From an uncultured Elusimicrobiaceae bacterium (GTDB lineage Bacteria; Elusimicrobiota; Elusimicrobia; Elusimicrobiales; UBA9959), in the NCBI GenBank assembly GCA_964534135.1, contig CAZHQC010000001.1:1-52403 (forward strand): a stretch of 52,403 nt of DNA, given 5' to 3'. A program made the translations under genes and the position numbers. Numbering within the stretch: position 1 is the first letter of the stretch; each line of letters begins with the position of its first letter. Positions 42,813-52,403 of the stretch are shown here, one piece after another. Under the pieces are notes generated by a model, which was not told the DNA's origin, made no database searches, and was given only the letters and a program-made list of their open reading frames with translations.

Positions 42813-43325
42813 CTATCTTGAGGAGTTTCTTGCTTTAAGTATCATTTCCGACATGGAATTAACAAATAAGCTAAACAATATTACAAAGATGGCATGTATT
42901 GACGCTATTGCCCATAAAATTGTTCCAAGCGGCATGCCCAATAGAAAGCTTTTTAAATAATATGTTCCAAGCATTAAAAGAGCCGCTGTTAAAGCTATTA
43001 AAAAAACATGAAATCTTTTCATGAACATAGCCGAGGCTGAAGGCGCTATTAAGAAAAGCAACCATGTTGGAGCCCAGTAGGAGCCGAGAAGATAAAAAAT
43101 AATAGCGGTAATGAGTAAATTAAATATAACGGTTAAAATTCTTATTTTTTGAATCCACTTAAAGAATTTATATTCATTTTTTGAAACCCACCAATTTATA
43201 ACAAATGTAACAGCAAGAATTCCGAATGTTGTATATATAGTTTGTTTCTCAAGAGGTGAGAAATAAATGGCAAATACCGTAAGTATAAGCGCGAATGGCG
43301 TAAAATAAGTGTTTAATAAGTGCAT
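42813..43325 (-). CDS. Small multi-pass membrane protein (hypothetical, 170 aa)
   Basis: Five hydrophobic segments. It overlaps the rsmG stop by 13 nt. Confidence 0.65.
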   Translation of the reverse strand: MHLLNTYFTPFALILTVFAIYFSPLEKQTIYTTFGILAVTFVINWWVSKNEYKFFKWIQKIRILTVIFNLLITAIIFYLLGSYWAPTWLLFLIAPSASAMFMKRFHVFLIALTAALLMLGTYYLKSFLLGMPLGTILWAIASIHAIFVILFSLFVNSMSEMILKARNSSR

Positions 43326-43993
43326 TGTCCTCTCCTTAAAATAAAAACAAATCTGTCCCTTTCTTCTCCCTCAAGCGCATATTTATGTATGGCATAAACA
43401 CCTGTATTCATTTTTTTCATGATGCGAATAATTTTAGCAGATTTTAAAATTTCAGCGTTTACATGCCAAGCGCAAAACAAGCCACCATTTTCTTTAACCA
43501 TATTTAAGCATTGAGGCAATATATTTTCAAGTTGTCCCATAGCCCTTTCAATTAAAATATCGGTTTTCCCTTTTTGATTGCGCGGGCTTTCACCTATTCT
43601 TTCATTGGAAACCTCAATTTTTTTTAGTTTCAATTTAGAAAAAAGGGATATTAGAAAATTTCTTCTTTTAAGATTTGGCTCATAAAGTTTGAAGTTTGCT
43701 TCTTCAAGGAGAATTTTAAGCGGAATTCCCGGAAGTCCGGCTCCTGAACCTCCATCGCTGATAAGTTTGCCCTGAAGCTGTGGAAATAGCGCTCTTATTT
43801 TTTTTAGAGGCGCTAAAGAATCGGCAATATGTCTTACCCATACGATAGCGGCATCTTTATTTGAAATTAAATTAAACTTTTTATTTTCCTCTAATAATTC
43901 ATTTACATAGGCCTCTAAAAGTTTCAAATGGCTTTCAGGCAGGTCAATGTCCCATTTTTTTATTTGCTGTAAGAAATGATTTTTGTCGGTCAT
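43313..43993 (-). CDS. rsmG: 16S rRNA (guanine527-N7)-methyltransferase
   Basis: Has the SAM-binding motif [15 protein letters not shown], follows mnmG (classical gidA-gidB pair), and overlaps it by 4 nt. Confidence 0.9.
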   Translation of the reverse strand: MTDKNHFLQQIKKWDIDLPESHLKLLEAYVNELLEENKKFNLISNKDAAIVWVRHIADSLAPLKKIRALFPQLQGKLISDGGSGAGLPGIPLKILLEEANFKLYEPNLKRRNFLISLFSKLKLKKIEVSNERIGESPRNQKGKTDILIERAMGQLENILPQCLNMVKENGGLFCAWHVNAEILKSAKIIRIMKKMNTGVYAIHKYALEGEERDRFVFILRRGQCTY

Positions 43994-45777
43994 AGTTTGA
44001 GCCCTTTATTTTTTTGTTTCTTTTGTCTGGTTCCCGCAATATTAATAAGCAGAAGCTGTATATCACTTGGAGTTACTCCCGGAATACGCGATGCCTGACC
44101 AATGGTTTTTGGGCGCACCTTTATAAATTTTTGTTTTGATTCAAGAAGCAGGCCCTTGATTTTTGAAAAGTCCAAGGTGCCGGGGATATTTATGTGTTCG
44201 AAATTTTTCATTTTTTCAACTTCTCTTTCATTTCTTTCAATATAGGTTTTATATTCTTTTTGTATTTTCGCTTCTTTAATAGCTGTTTCTATTGACCAGG
44301 GAAGCATATTTGATTTTTTTGATATTTTCCCCTTAGGATTGTCTATGATTTCTTCAACGGATTTTTTATAGAGTTTAAAGGGTTTTTTATATTTCTTATT
44401 TATTAACCCCGTTTTAAAACCATATTTCAAAAGGCGAAGGTCAGCATTATCTTTGCGCAAAAGCAGGCGGTATTCCGCTCTAGAAGTAAACATCCTATAA
44501 GGTTCATCTATATTTTTTGTTACCAAATCATCTATCATAACTCCGATATAAGCTTCATTTCTTTCAAGTATCAATGGCTCTAGGTTTTTTAATTTATTTG
44601 CTGCATTTATGCCGGCCATAAGACCTTGGGCTGCGGCTTCTTCATAACCTGTGGTGCCGTTGACTTGTCCGGCCATAAATAAGCCCGGTACTATTTTTGA
44701 TTCAAGAGTTTTTTTGAGTTGAATCGGATATGCAAAATCATATTCTATGGCATAGCCCGCGCGCAGTATCTCAGCTTTTTCAAGACCTTTAATGGCATGA
44801 AGTATTTTTAATTGTGTTTCTTCCGGAAGACTGGTTGCCAGACCGTTTAAATAGTATTCTTCGGTGGTAAGACCTTCCGGCTCTAAAAATATATGATGAC
44901 TTTTATGGTGAGGAAACTTTACGATTTTATCTTCTATAGAAGGGCAATATCTTGGCCCTATTGATTTGATTTTACCCGAATAAAGAGGCGAGGAATGAAG
45001 ATTATCGTTTATAATTTTTGTTACTTTATCATTGGTGTGAGCAATCCAGCAGGAGCGGGATTTTATATTCAAGGGCGTCGAAAAATGTGAAAATGGCTCA
45101 TAAGGATTATCGGTTTTTTGTTCAACACATTTTGAAAAATCTATTGAGCGGCCATTTATTCTCATTGGAGTTCCGGTTTTAAGGCGGTCAATTTCTATGC
45201 CATGAGCTTTTATGCTATCGGAAAGATGATTGCTTGGATAATGATTATATCGTCCGCCCGGAAAAGATTTCAAGCCTATATGAATGAGTCCCTTGAGAAA
45301 TGTCCCTGCGGTAATTATCACGGCATTTGCTTTATATTTAGTTTCTCTTTGAGTTATCACACCTTTTAATGCGGAGCTCTGACTCCATAAAGATACAACT
45401 TCATCTTGGAGGATAGACAAATTTTCTTGTTTTTCAAGAACATGTTTCATTGAGAATTGATAAGTTTTTTTATCGCATTGCGCTCTTGGAGAATGGACAG
45501 CGGGACCTCTTGACATATTGAGCATATGATAACTTATGGCTGAAAAATCCGTAATTTTAGCCATTTCCCCGCCTAAGGAGTCAATTTCACGGACTATCTG
45601 TCCCTTACCAATTCCCCCAATGGAAGGATTACAGGACATTTGCGCTATGGTATCCAAGTCTTGTGTGATAAGAAGAGTTTTAACGCCCATTCTGGCGGCT
45701 GCCAAAGCGGCTTCACAGCCGGCATGACCGGCGCCCACTACGATTATTTCAAAATTGTCAGGATATTTAAATTTCAT
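43990..45777 (-). CDS. mnmG: tRNA uridine-5-carboxymethylaminomethyl synthesis enzyme MnmG (GidA)
   Basis: Has the FAD motif [19 protein letters not shown], and also [10 protein letters not shown] and [16 protein letters not shown]. Confidence 0.95.
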   Translation of the reverse strand: MKFKYPDNFEIIVVGAGHAGCEAALAAARMGVKTLLITQDLDTIAQMSCNPSIGGIGKGQIVREIDSLGGEMAKITDFSAISYHMLNMSRGPAVHSPRAQCDKKTYQFSMKHVLEKQENLSILQDEVVSLWSQSSALKGVITQRETKYKANAVIITAGTFLKGLIHIGLKSFPGGRYNHYPSNHLSDSIKAHGIEIDRLKTGTPMRINGRSIDFSKCVEQKTDNPYEPFSHFSTPLNIKSRSCWIAHTNDKVTKIINDNLHSSPLYSGKIKSIGPRYCPSIEDKIVKFPHHKSHHIFLEPEGLTTEEYYLNGLATSLPEETQLKILHAIKGLEKAEILRAGYAIEYDFAYPIQLKKTLESKIVPGLFMAGQVNGTTGYEEAAAQGLMAGINAANKLKNLEPLILERNEAYIGVMIDDLVTKNIDEPYRMFTSRAEYRLLLRKDNADLRLLKYGFKTGLINKKYKKPFKLYKKSVEEIIDNPKGKISKKSNMLPWSIETAIKEAKIQKEYKTYIERNEREVEKMKNFEHINIPGTLDFSKIKGLLLESKQKFIKVRPKTIGQASRIPGVTPSDIQLLLINIAGTRQKKQKNKGLKL

Positions 45778-46532
45778 TACATTGATAAAATTACTTTAAA
45801 AGTATTCTCCGATAATAGATTTATTTTTACAAGCAGATAAAACATGCCAAAAGTCCCAATAGCTGAGAAAGCTAATATTAATATGGTTTTAAGCACGGAC
45901 ATAGTGCTGATTGTTTTTATTGTTTTTACAAATAGTATCAGTAGCCAAATGCCCGCTAACCCTTCAAATATTAGAAATAGATTTTCAGAATTTAAAAACA
46001 CTGAAAAGAATAATACGGGTAAGATTAAAACCAATATTAAATTAACTGCAAAACCAGCTTTTAAGACAAAGATAAAATTGTTGATGTCTTTTTTTATTAT
46101 CCAGACGAGCAATGCCGTAAAAACCAATAAGAGAGCACATTGGATAAGGAAATTATCCGATGTTTTTAAAATATAAATCCCCGTTATAACAGAAATCACA
46201 CAGGAAAATAAAGCTATGGAAAATTTGAATTTATAAAACTTAATTAAGAAAACTGCTAAACCGGCAAAAATTACCGCCATAAGAGTTCCCCAAAAAAACT
46301 GAACACCAAAATAAAAAAGAAAACTAGGCTCGGCTATATTAAGGGCCGCCAGTTCATTTGGAAAATCCAAAGGCTTGTAGTTTAAGAATAAGGAGTTGCT
46401 TAGAATAAAAATGAGATAAATTCCCAAAGGAAAAATCAAATTTATTTTATTTTCATTTAAATTTTGAAAAAAATCTTCCGGCTTTAACAAGAGGTTTTTT
46501 GCAAATAATAAGTTTTCAATAATTTTAGGCAT
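45777..46532 (-). CDS. Multi-pass membrane protein (possibly Yip1-like) intercalated between mnmE and mnmG
   Basis: 251 aa with 5-6 hydrophobic segments. The family assignment is a guess. Confidence 0.6.
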   Translation of the reverse strand: MPKIIENLLFAKNLLLKPEDFFQNLNENKINLIFPLGIYLIFILSNSLFLNYKPLDFPNELAALNIAEPSFLFYFGVQFFWGTLMAVIFAGLAVFLIKFYKFKFSIALFSCVISVITGIYILKTSDNFLIQCALLLVFTALLVWIIKKDINNFIFVLKAGFAVNLILVLILPVLFFSVFLNSENLFLIFEGLAGIWLLILFVKTIKTISTMSVLKTILILAFSAIGTFGMFYLLVKINLLSENTFKVILSM

Positions 46533-46538
46533 AGTTTC

Positions 46539-47918
46539 TTATTTTCCCACGCAAAACTTTGAGAATATATTTGAAAGGAGCTCCTCAGAGTTTGTTTCTC
46601 CGATAATATCTGAAAGTTCATTTAAAGCTGATTTTAAATGTTCGGCGGCAAACTCCAAATGAATTTTCTTGTTTTTTATCATCTTTTCAAAAAGTTTTAT
46701 TTCCGCTAAACAACTGTTTAAGGCTTGATAATGCCTCATAGATGTTACAATCGCGGATGATTGTTCACTAAATATTGCTTCCTGTCTTTTTACTATGAGG
46801 TTTTTGAGTTTTTCTATACCTGAATTTGTTTTGCAGGAAATATTTAAAATTCCTTTTTCAGGCAATCTTTCATGTTGTAAATCCGCTTTATTAAAAATTT
46901 TGATGAGTTGTGTTTTCTTAGCATCTAAATGTTTCTTTATTTGTTTTGCAACCTCTTTTTCATGCGCGCATGGTTTTTTAGAATAATCCATAACCCAAAT
47001 AATAATGTCGCTTGTTTTTATAAAATCTATCGCCCTGAGAATGCCTTCTTTTTCAATGGGATTTTTTGTGGCGGTTTTTATTCCCGCGGTATCTGTAAAA
47101 ATAAAAGAAATTCCGGAGAAATCTATTTTTTCCTCAATGGTGTCTGTTGTCGTGCCGGATATTTTTGTAACTATGGCTCTTTTGTAGCCGAGAAGCGCGT
47201 TTAAAAGGGATGATTTGCCTGAATTTGGAATTCCTATGATGCTTGTTTTAAAGCCATCTTTTATAAACCTGCCTTTCTCAAAACTTTCCGCCAATCTCTG
47301 AAGAGACGTGATTATTTTTTTTATTTTTTTTAAAAATTCTTTGAAATTAATTTCAAGCAGTTCTTCTTCACTATCATCAAGTCTGACTTCAATTTCACTT
47401 AAAATATTTAAAATTTCCGACTTTATCTTCTTAATTTGAATGCTTATTTCCCCTCTAAGATGAGCTATGGCGGAGTTGTGAGAAGAGGAGCTTTCAGAAT
47501 GAATCAAATCATTTATAGCTTCCGCTTGAGTTAAATCCATTTTTCCATTAACAAAAGCTCTCATGGTAAATTCTCCGGCAGCCGCTTCCCTGGCGCCGTT
47601 TTTTATTGCGAGCGCAAGTATTGTTCTAATTATAAAGGGTGAGCCATGACAGAAGATTTCCACGGTATTGTCGCCGGTATAACTTTTTGGGGCTTTATAG
47701 AAAACAGTAATCACTTGGTCTATAAGGTTTCCTTTTTCCATCACTCTTAAGAGATGAGTTTGTTTGGTTTTCAGATTGAGGAAGTTTTTTTGGGGATAAA
47801 GAAATTTTGATGCTATGGTGAAAGCATTTTTACCTGAGAGGCGTATTATTGATATTGCCCCGAACCCCGGAGGGGTTGACGGGGCAATAATTGTTTTAGA
47901 CAAATCAGATATAAACAT
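46539..47918 (-). CDS. mnmE: tRNA modification GTPase MnmE (TrmE)
   Basis: Has G-domain motifs GIPNSGKSSLLNAL, DTAG and NKAD, and the C-terminal CVGK tetrapeptide. Confidence 0.95.
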   Translation of the reverse strand: MFISDLSKTIIAPSTPPGFGAISIIRLSGKNAFTIASKFLYPQKNFLNLKTKQTHLLRVMEKGNLIDQVITVFYKAPKSYTGDNTVEIFCHGSPFIIRTILALAIKNGAREAAAGEFTMRAFVNGKMDLTQAEAINDLIHSESSSSHNSAIAHLRGEISIQIKKIKSEILNILSEIEVRLDDSEEELLEINFKEFLKKIKKIITSLQRLAESFEKGRFIKDGFKTSIIGIPNSGKSSLLNALLGYKRAIVTKISGTTTDTIEEKIDFSGISFIFTDTAGIKTATKNPIEKEGILRAIDFIKTSDIIIWVMDYSKKPCAHEKEVAKQIKKHLDAKKTQLIKIFNKADLQHERLPEKGILNISCKTNSGIEKLKNLIVKRQEAIFSEQSSAIVTSMRHYQALNSCLAEIKLFEKMIKNKKIHLEFAAEHLKSALNELSDIIGETNSEELLSNIFSKFCVGK

Positions 47919-47943
47919 AGCGCAACCTATAGACTGTAAGCTT

Positions 47944-48750
47944 TTAATTGCCAGCCGGTTTTATTACAATTTTTCTCCATCTTCCGTCGCCTTCAGAGGA
48001 GGTTTGCAATTTTGGATAATCTTTTTTAATGATTCCATGAACGAATTTTCTTTGAGGCGCGCTCATTGGGTCAAGTCTAAAAGGTTTTGTTGTTTGCTGA
48101 ACCGCTTTTGCCGCATATTCTATTTTTTTGAGAATATCTTTTTCTTTGCGTTCCCAGTAATTAGAGGTATCAATTTGTACCGGAGTATGGGGTTTCATTG
48201 TTCTGTTGATTATCGCATTAACCAAGTATTGTATCGATTCAATTCCTGTGCCGTTTTTGTTCACAAAAAGGCTGCTGTCTTCGGAATCAAACTTTATTAT
48301 TATTTTGTCAGAGCTTTTTTCATAATGCGCTTCCGTAATATTGAATGACACTCCCATAAGACTTAACATCTGAGAAAGTATGGATTTGGCATTTTTCATT
48401 ACATCGGCTGTTTTAGCGGGCTGTGGCTGAATCTCGGTGCTTTTTTGAATATTTCCTTGAACAGGTTTGGCCTCTTTAGGTTTTGAATTCCAATTGCGCT
48501 CGGATCTTTTTTTTTGAGTGGGAGCTTTAGTTTGTTTGTCGGGCTTTTTGTGGCTTTGGTTTTCTTCAGAGCCTTTCCATTTTTTTTCTGTTAAAATAAC
48601 ACTTGCTTTTTTTGAACCAATACCGAGAATTCCTTTTTTTCCTTCTTTAACTATTACAATTTCCACTTGATCTCTGCGAAGTAATAATTTTTTTAGACCT
48701 TTATCTATTGCGTCTTGAATTGTTTTTCCTTCTATTTTAAGTTCTTTCAT
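47944..48750 (-). CDS. jag: RNA-binding protein Jag/KhpB (Jag_N, KH, R3H)
   Basis: Has the N-terminal Jag_N-like segment MKELKIEGKTIQDAIDKGL and a C-terminal R3H-like segment (LDPMSAPQRKFVHGII). It lies downstream of yidC. Confidence 0.85.
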   Translation of the reverse strand: MKELKIEGKTIQDAIDKGLKKLLLRRDQVEIVIVKEGKKGILGIGSKKASVILTEKKWKGSEENQSHKKPDKQTKAPTQKKRSERNWNSKPKEAKPVQGNIQKSTEIQPQPAKTADVMKNAKSILSQMLSLMGVSFNITEAHYEKSSDKIIIKFDSEDSSLFVNKNGTGIESIQYLVNAIINRTMKPHTPVQIDTSNYWERKEKDILKKIEYAAKAVQQTTKPFRLDPMSAPQRKFVHGIIKKDYPKLQTSSEGDGRWRKIVIKPAGN

Positions 48751-48774
48751 TGTTTTATTTCTCCTAAATAAAAT

Positions 48775-50328
48775 TTATTTTGATTGTTTTTGCAAATAAA
48801 GCTGTTGAGAAAAGCTTGATACGCTGTTTATTAGCCAGTACAGAACCAGTCCCGCGGGAAAGGTTAAGAACATGAAGGTGAATATGACAGGCATCCATTT
48901 CATTACCGCCATTTGTCCTTTGTCTCCCCCTGCTGTTTGCGGGGCTACATGTTGTTGCAGAAGCATTATGGCGCCCATGGTTATGGGAAGTACATAATAA
49001 GGATCTTTTGAGGAAAGATCACTTATCCAGAAGATGAAATCCGCTCCATGTAGAGCCCAGCTGTTTCTAAGCGCGGTAAATAGAGCGAAGAATATGGGTA
49101 TCTGAAGAATCATAGGTAAGCAGCCACCAAGCGGATTTGTTCCGTTCTTCTTATACATAGCCATAACTTCAGTGTTTAAGCGTTTAGGATCCTCTTTATA
49201 CTTTTTTTGCAATAGTTGAAGTTCCGGCTGAAGTACTTTCATCATATTCATAGCCTTATAGCTTTTCCAACTGAGCGGGAACATCAATATTTGAAGAATA
49301 ACACTTAAAATGATAATCGCGAATCCATAATTGCCGGTCATGTTAAAGAAATAAAGAAGAGATGAATTGGCAAGTTTGGCAAGAGGCGAAAAGAAGCCGA
49401 AATCTACCGATCTATCCAGGCCATGGCCAAGAGCTTCCAGTTTCTGATAATCTTTTGGCCCTATATAGAAATCTACTTTCCATTGTTTCGTCTTACCGGG
49501 TTTGATTGATACGGCGGCGAAGGGCATAGCTATGAAAGGAGATTTTTTGTCATTTATTTTGGGATTATCATATAGAATTGATTTATTGACAGAAAGATCC
49601 TCATTAGAGATTATGGCGGCTAGAAAGTATCTATTGTCTATTCCCACCCATTTCCAATCCATAATGGAAGTACTTTCTTTCATTTTATGAATTGTCGGAT
49701 GTTTTTTGTCTTTTTCCAATACCGTGTATTTTGCCTTCCATAATTTTGTGTTTTCTTTTTCTTCGTTTTTAACGGTGCCAAGTCCCGGCCCCATTTTTAA
49801 TTGCCATTCTTCAAATATTTTAGATTCTGAAGTTATATTTGAAACACTTATTTCAAGAGTGCTTATGCCGGAATTTTTGTCAAAAGCATAATTTTTCTTT
49901 ATAAGAAAATTCTCATTTGTTCGGCTCTCAAATTTAAGAGCATGAGATTTTTTTTCTACAAGTTTGAAATTATAGTTCTCAAAACTGCCCAGAAGCGAAG
50001 ATGAAGGGTCAATAACAAGTTCCGCGGGGCTAACGGGCCCGTCATATATTAAGCTTGTTATTTGCGCGCCTTTTGAATTAATGGAATATTCTGACTTTCC
50101 TATTTTTATCTTTTCAATAGTTCCGGGAATATTGGCTTGTTGTGGTGTAAATTTTTTAATTTTAGCGGATTTTGTTTGTAGCGCGGGTGTAGTCGCTGCG
50201 GATTTTTTAGGTATTGTTTGCGCGACATTTTGAGTTTGGTTTATTGCGGGTTTTTTTTCCACTACGGAAAACCAGAATATATAAACGATGGATGACAACA
50301 CTATCGCCAGCACAAGATTTTTTTGCAT
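48775..50328 (-). CDS. yidC: Membrane protein insertase YidC (long periplasmic domain form)
   Basis: 517 aa with an N-terminal TM helix, a large periplasmic domain, and the conserved C-terminal core (KYKEDPKRLNTEVMAMYKKNGTNPLGGCLPMILQIPIFFALF). Confidence 0.95.
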   Translation of the reverse strand: MQKNLVLAIVLSSIVYIFWFSVVEKKPAINQTQNVAQTIPKKSAATTPALQTKSAKIKKFTPQQANIPGTIEKIKIGKSEYSINSKGAQITSLIYDGPVSPAELVIDPSSSLLGSFENYNFKLVEKKSHALKFESRTNENFLIKKNYAFDKNSGISTLEISVSNITSESKIFEEWQLKMGPGLGTVKNEEKENTKLWKAKYTVLEKDKKHPTIHKMKESTSIMDWKWVGIDNRYFLAAIISNEDLSVNKSILYDNPKINDKKSPFIAMPFAAVSIKPGKTKQWKVDFYIGPKDYQKLEALGHGLDRSVDFGFFSPLAKLANSSLLYFFNMTGNYGFAIIILSVILQILMFPLSWKSYKAMNMMKVLQPELQLLQKKYKEDPKRLNTEVMAMYKKNGTNPLGGCLPMILQIPIFFALFTALRNSWALHGADFIFWISDLSSKDPYYVLPITMGAIMLLQQHVAPQTAGGDKGQMAVMKWMPVIFTFMFLTFPAGLVLYWLINSVSSFSQQLYLQKQSK

Positions 50329-50370
50329 ATGTTTCTCTCTCCTTGAGATTAAGTGGAGAAGAAATGGCGT

Positions 50371-50616
50371 TTATGGAACGGGGTCAAACCCGCCCGGATG
50401 GTAAGGATGGCATTTTAAAATTCGTTTTATTGTGAGATATAAAGCCTTTAAGACACCGTGCTTTTTTAGAGATGAAAAAGCATACTCTGAGCATGTCGGT
50501 GTGAATCTGCATGATGCAGGTCCTAATATCGGCCTCAGGAATCTATATACAAATGACAGCGCATTAATTATTACAAACTTGAATCCTAATACCTCGTCAT
50601 TTTTTTGCTTCTTCAT
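50371..50616 (-). CDS. yidD: Membrane protein insertion efficiency factor YidD
   Basis: Contains the [11 protein letters not shown] motif and lies between rnpA and yidC. Confidence 0.9.
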   Translation of the reverse strand: MKKQKNDEVLGFKFVIINALSFVYRFLRPILGPASCRFTPTCSEYAFSSLKKHGVLKALYLTIKRILKCHPYHPGGFDPVP

Positions 50617-51001
50617 TATAAATCCCGGCTTTAAGCCACAATTTTTTTAAGTCCAGGGCGGCTTGGTCTTTGTTTTCCAATTTACATCCCGCCAAGGGAT
50701 AAATTATAATTCCGGCGCCATCCTTTAACGCGCCTTTTGACAATCTGAAAGCTTCTCTTAATAATCGTTTTGTTTTGTTTCGCTTTACAGCATTGCCTAA
50801 TTTCTTACTTACCACTAATCCCAATTTTATATTTTTAGGATTAAAAGCGTCCTTTGAAAAATCTTTTTGTTCATCTTCTTGGAAAATAACATACCACATC
50901 ACTAAATTTTTAGTGGCGGTTTTTTTTCCATTTTTGAATATGAAATCAAAAAGTTTCCGTTTTTTAATTCGAAGACTTTTTGGAAAAGAAAACTTATTCA
51001 C
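50597..51001 (-). CDS. rnpA: Ribonuclease P protein component
   Basis: Small basic protein (...[20 protein letters not shown] = RNR-type motif) immediately downstream of rpmH. Confidence 0.9.
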   Translation of the reverse strand: MNKFSFPKSLRIKKRKLFDFIFKNGKKTATKNLVMWYVIFQEDEQKDFSKDAFNPKNIKLGLVVSKKLGNAVKRNKTKRLLREAFRLSKGALKDGAGIIIYPLAGCKLENKDQAALDLKKLWLKAGIYNEEAKK

Positions 51002-51018
51002 TTATATCCCCTTACAAA

Positions 51019-51159
51019 TTAGATTATGGGAATAAGGTGCCATCTTCCTTTTTGGCGTCTTCTTGCCAAAACTTTTCTTCCACCCGGTGTTGCCATTCTT
51101 GCGCGGAACCCGATGGATTTTTTTCTTCTTCGTACATTTGGTCTATAAGTCGGTAACAT
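51019..51159 (-). CDS. rpmH: 50S ribosomal protein L34
   Basis: 46-aa ORF not in the track, since it is under 60 aa: [46 protein letters not shown]. This is the typical L34 pattern (TYQPS..RRKK.HGFR.RM.T..GR.VL..RR.KGR) directly upstream of rnpA. Confidence 0.9.
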   Translation of the reverse strand: MLPTYRPNVRRRKKSIGFRARMATPGGRKVLARRRQKGRWHLIPII

Positions 51160-51241
51160 AGTAATCCTATTGTATTAAATTTTCGCTGAAAAATCAAAAA
51201 TTAAGTGTAACGCATGGTGTTTAGAATTCAAGTCTGTTTTG

Positions 51242-52054
51242 TTATTGAAAGCATATTACTATTCCCACGAGGTGATATTTATCGCTGGATTTACCGTGTT
51301 CCATGTATTTATATCTATAAGATAATCCAAAGTGGCGCGTAAAATAAACATTTATGATAGCGCTTGAACTGTGAGCTATATGCGGCTTCTCAAATCTGCT
51401 CATATATTTGAGTTTTATTTCCGCAAAATGATGGAATTTTGTGCTTAGGTTTAATCCTGCGATAGGATAGCGGTTTTTGTCAATTATATTTTTATCTTGA
51501 TATGGAACGAAAGGGCTTGTAAAGTCTATTTCCAAATCAAGCTCAACTTTTTCATAGGAATAGCCTATATACGGCAATAGAGAGCCTTTGAATTTTCCTG
51601 CTTCAAAATATCTATATTGTCCGGCGCGAACATAGTAGTAAAGAATATTATTATTCATTTCAAAAGAGGTGAATCCCGATAAATTGCTTTCGGCATTCAT
51701 ATCCACATTTATTTTTTCCACTCCAAGACCTATAACATACTTGCCTTTATCGGTAACTTTCGGATACCAATCCACTATAGCGTGGAGTCCTTTGAGATTG
51801 CTGTAATTAAGATTTGAAGACTTATAATAAAACAAGTTTCCTTGGAATTTTTCAGATTTTATCCATTGAAAATAAGCTCCGTACATTGGCGCGGTGTCTT
51901 TTAGGTTCAGATTGTAATCGGAATTGTCGAGTTTATTTGTTATTGTTCCTGTGTAAGGAGCAATAATGAGCATTTCTTTTGCTTTAAGAATACCTTGAGC
52001 GAAAAAAGTAAAGATTAATAGGAGTATCAGCTTGTTTTGCATTGAAGTTACCAT
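51242..52054 (-). CDS. Secreted hypothetical protein, possibly an outer-membrane beta-barrel
   Basis: Has a signal-peptide-like N-terminus (KLILLLIFTFFAQGILKA) and is Y/G/N-rich with an alternating hydrophobicity pattern. The function call is weak. Confidence 0.6.
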   Translation of the reverse strand: MVTSMQNKLILLLIFTFFAQGILKAKEMLIIAPYTGTITNKLDNSDYNLNLKDTAPMYGAYFQWIKSEKFQGNLFYYKSSNLNYSNLKGLHAIVDWYPKVTDKGKYVIGLGVEKINVDMNAESNLSGFTSFEMNNNILYYYVRAGQYRYFEAGKFKGSLLPYIGYSYEKVELDLEIDFTSPFVPYQDKNIIDKNRYPIAGLNLSTKFHHFAEIKLKYMSRFEKPHIAHSSSAIINVYFTRHFGLSYRYKYMEHGKSSDKYHLVGIVICFQ

Positions 52055-52067
52055 CCTTTAAATGTGC

Positions 52068-52403
52068 TTAATTTTTTTGCTTGTGTCTGCGAATCATTAT
52101 TTTTACTTTGTTGTAATTAAATTCTCTTTTTATTTTTTTGTTTAGGGAAAGGGCTTTATCCAAATCTGTTTGCGCACCTGAGATATCTCCTTCTTCCGCT
52201 TTAATATAGGCTTTATAAAGAAACGCTTTTGCGCATGCCGGGTCTATTTGAAGAACCTGTTCTATATCGAAATCCGCATCCTCTTTTTTATCTAATCGAT
52301 ACTTCGCAAAAGCTATATCCGCATAAACGGAAGGAATCTCTCCTTCAATTTCAAGAGCATCGGTATAGAGTTCAATAGCCTCTTCATATTGCTTTCTTCT
52401 CAT
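52068..52403 (-). CDS. TPR-repeat protein (may be 5'-truncated by the window edge)
   Basis: Contains TPR-like repeats (YEEAIELYTDALEI..., AKAFLYKAYIKAEEGDISGAQTDLDKALSLN). The ATG sits exactly at the window end, so the true start may lie outside. Confidence 0.65.
   Translation of the reverse strand: MRRKQYEEAIELYTDALEIEGEIPSVYADIAFAKYRLDKKEDADFDIEQVLQIDPACAKAFLYKAYIKAEEGDISGAQTDLDKALSLNKKIKREFNYNKVKIMIRRHKQKN

Noticed and set aside
21773-48348. Long antisense ORFs inside aspS (21773-22312), murD (31676-22221 region, track 31676-32221), ftsI (38479-39021), jag/mnmE (47815-48348) and similar shorter ones throughout.
   Set aside because: They lie opposite strongly supported conserved genes. 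Their low-complexity S/F/L/I-rich translations are typical of shadow ORFs in AT-rich DNA.
1-52403. A CRISPR array, rRNA genes, prophage, IS element or known defence system.
   Set aside because: I saw no regularly spaced short direct repeats. I saw no rRNA-like conserved blocks. None of the listed ORFs has integrase, transposase, Cas or RT motifs.

Overview
This is a 52.4-kb AT-rich (by eye about one-third G+C) bacterial chromosome segment, almost fully coding and dominated by housekeeping genes.

**Plus-strand block (456-18588):** an SNF2 helicase + SWIM protein cassette, ppdK, gmk, rpoZ, a family-4 UDG, priA, tyrS, a FecR-like protein, thpR, mltG, tRNA-Ala(CGC), a hypothetical protein, asnS and an HD hydrolase.

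**Minus-strand block (18640-52403):**
- lipA, aspS, hisS, a Crp/Fnr regulator, a secreted S1 protease and an Ldh_2 oxidoreductase.
- A dcw cluster: mraZ-rsmH-ftsL-ftsI-[insertion]-murE-murF-mraY-murD-ftsW-murG.
- An MA-type metallopeptidase.
- The origin-neighbourhood cluster rsmG-mnmG-mnmE-jag-yidC-yidD-rnpA-rpmH.

I see no CRISPR array, integrase, transposase, reverse transcriptase or recognisable named defence system.

**What stands out is mostly non-coding:**
1. Two ~165-nt direct repeats with conserved hairpins bracket the SNF2-SWIM cassette.
2. A 188-nt chimeric tRNA-Ala-derived element sits right after the genuine tRNA-Ala.
3. A family of 62-68-nt palindromic elements (ACCCTACCACC...GGTGGTAGGGT) rewrites gene ends.
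4. A 1.25-kb insertion inside the dcw cluster holds a G+C-rich, ORF-free, strongly self-complementary 329-nt segment between two identical palindromic elements, plus an orphan membrane-anchored ORF.
5. The rsmH-ftsL spacer is unusually long and structured.

All functional readings of these are hypotheses from reading the sequence by eye. No homology or folding computation could be run.
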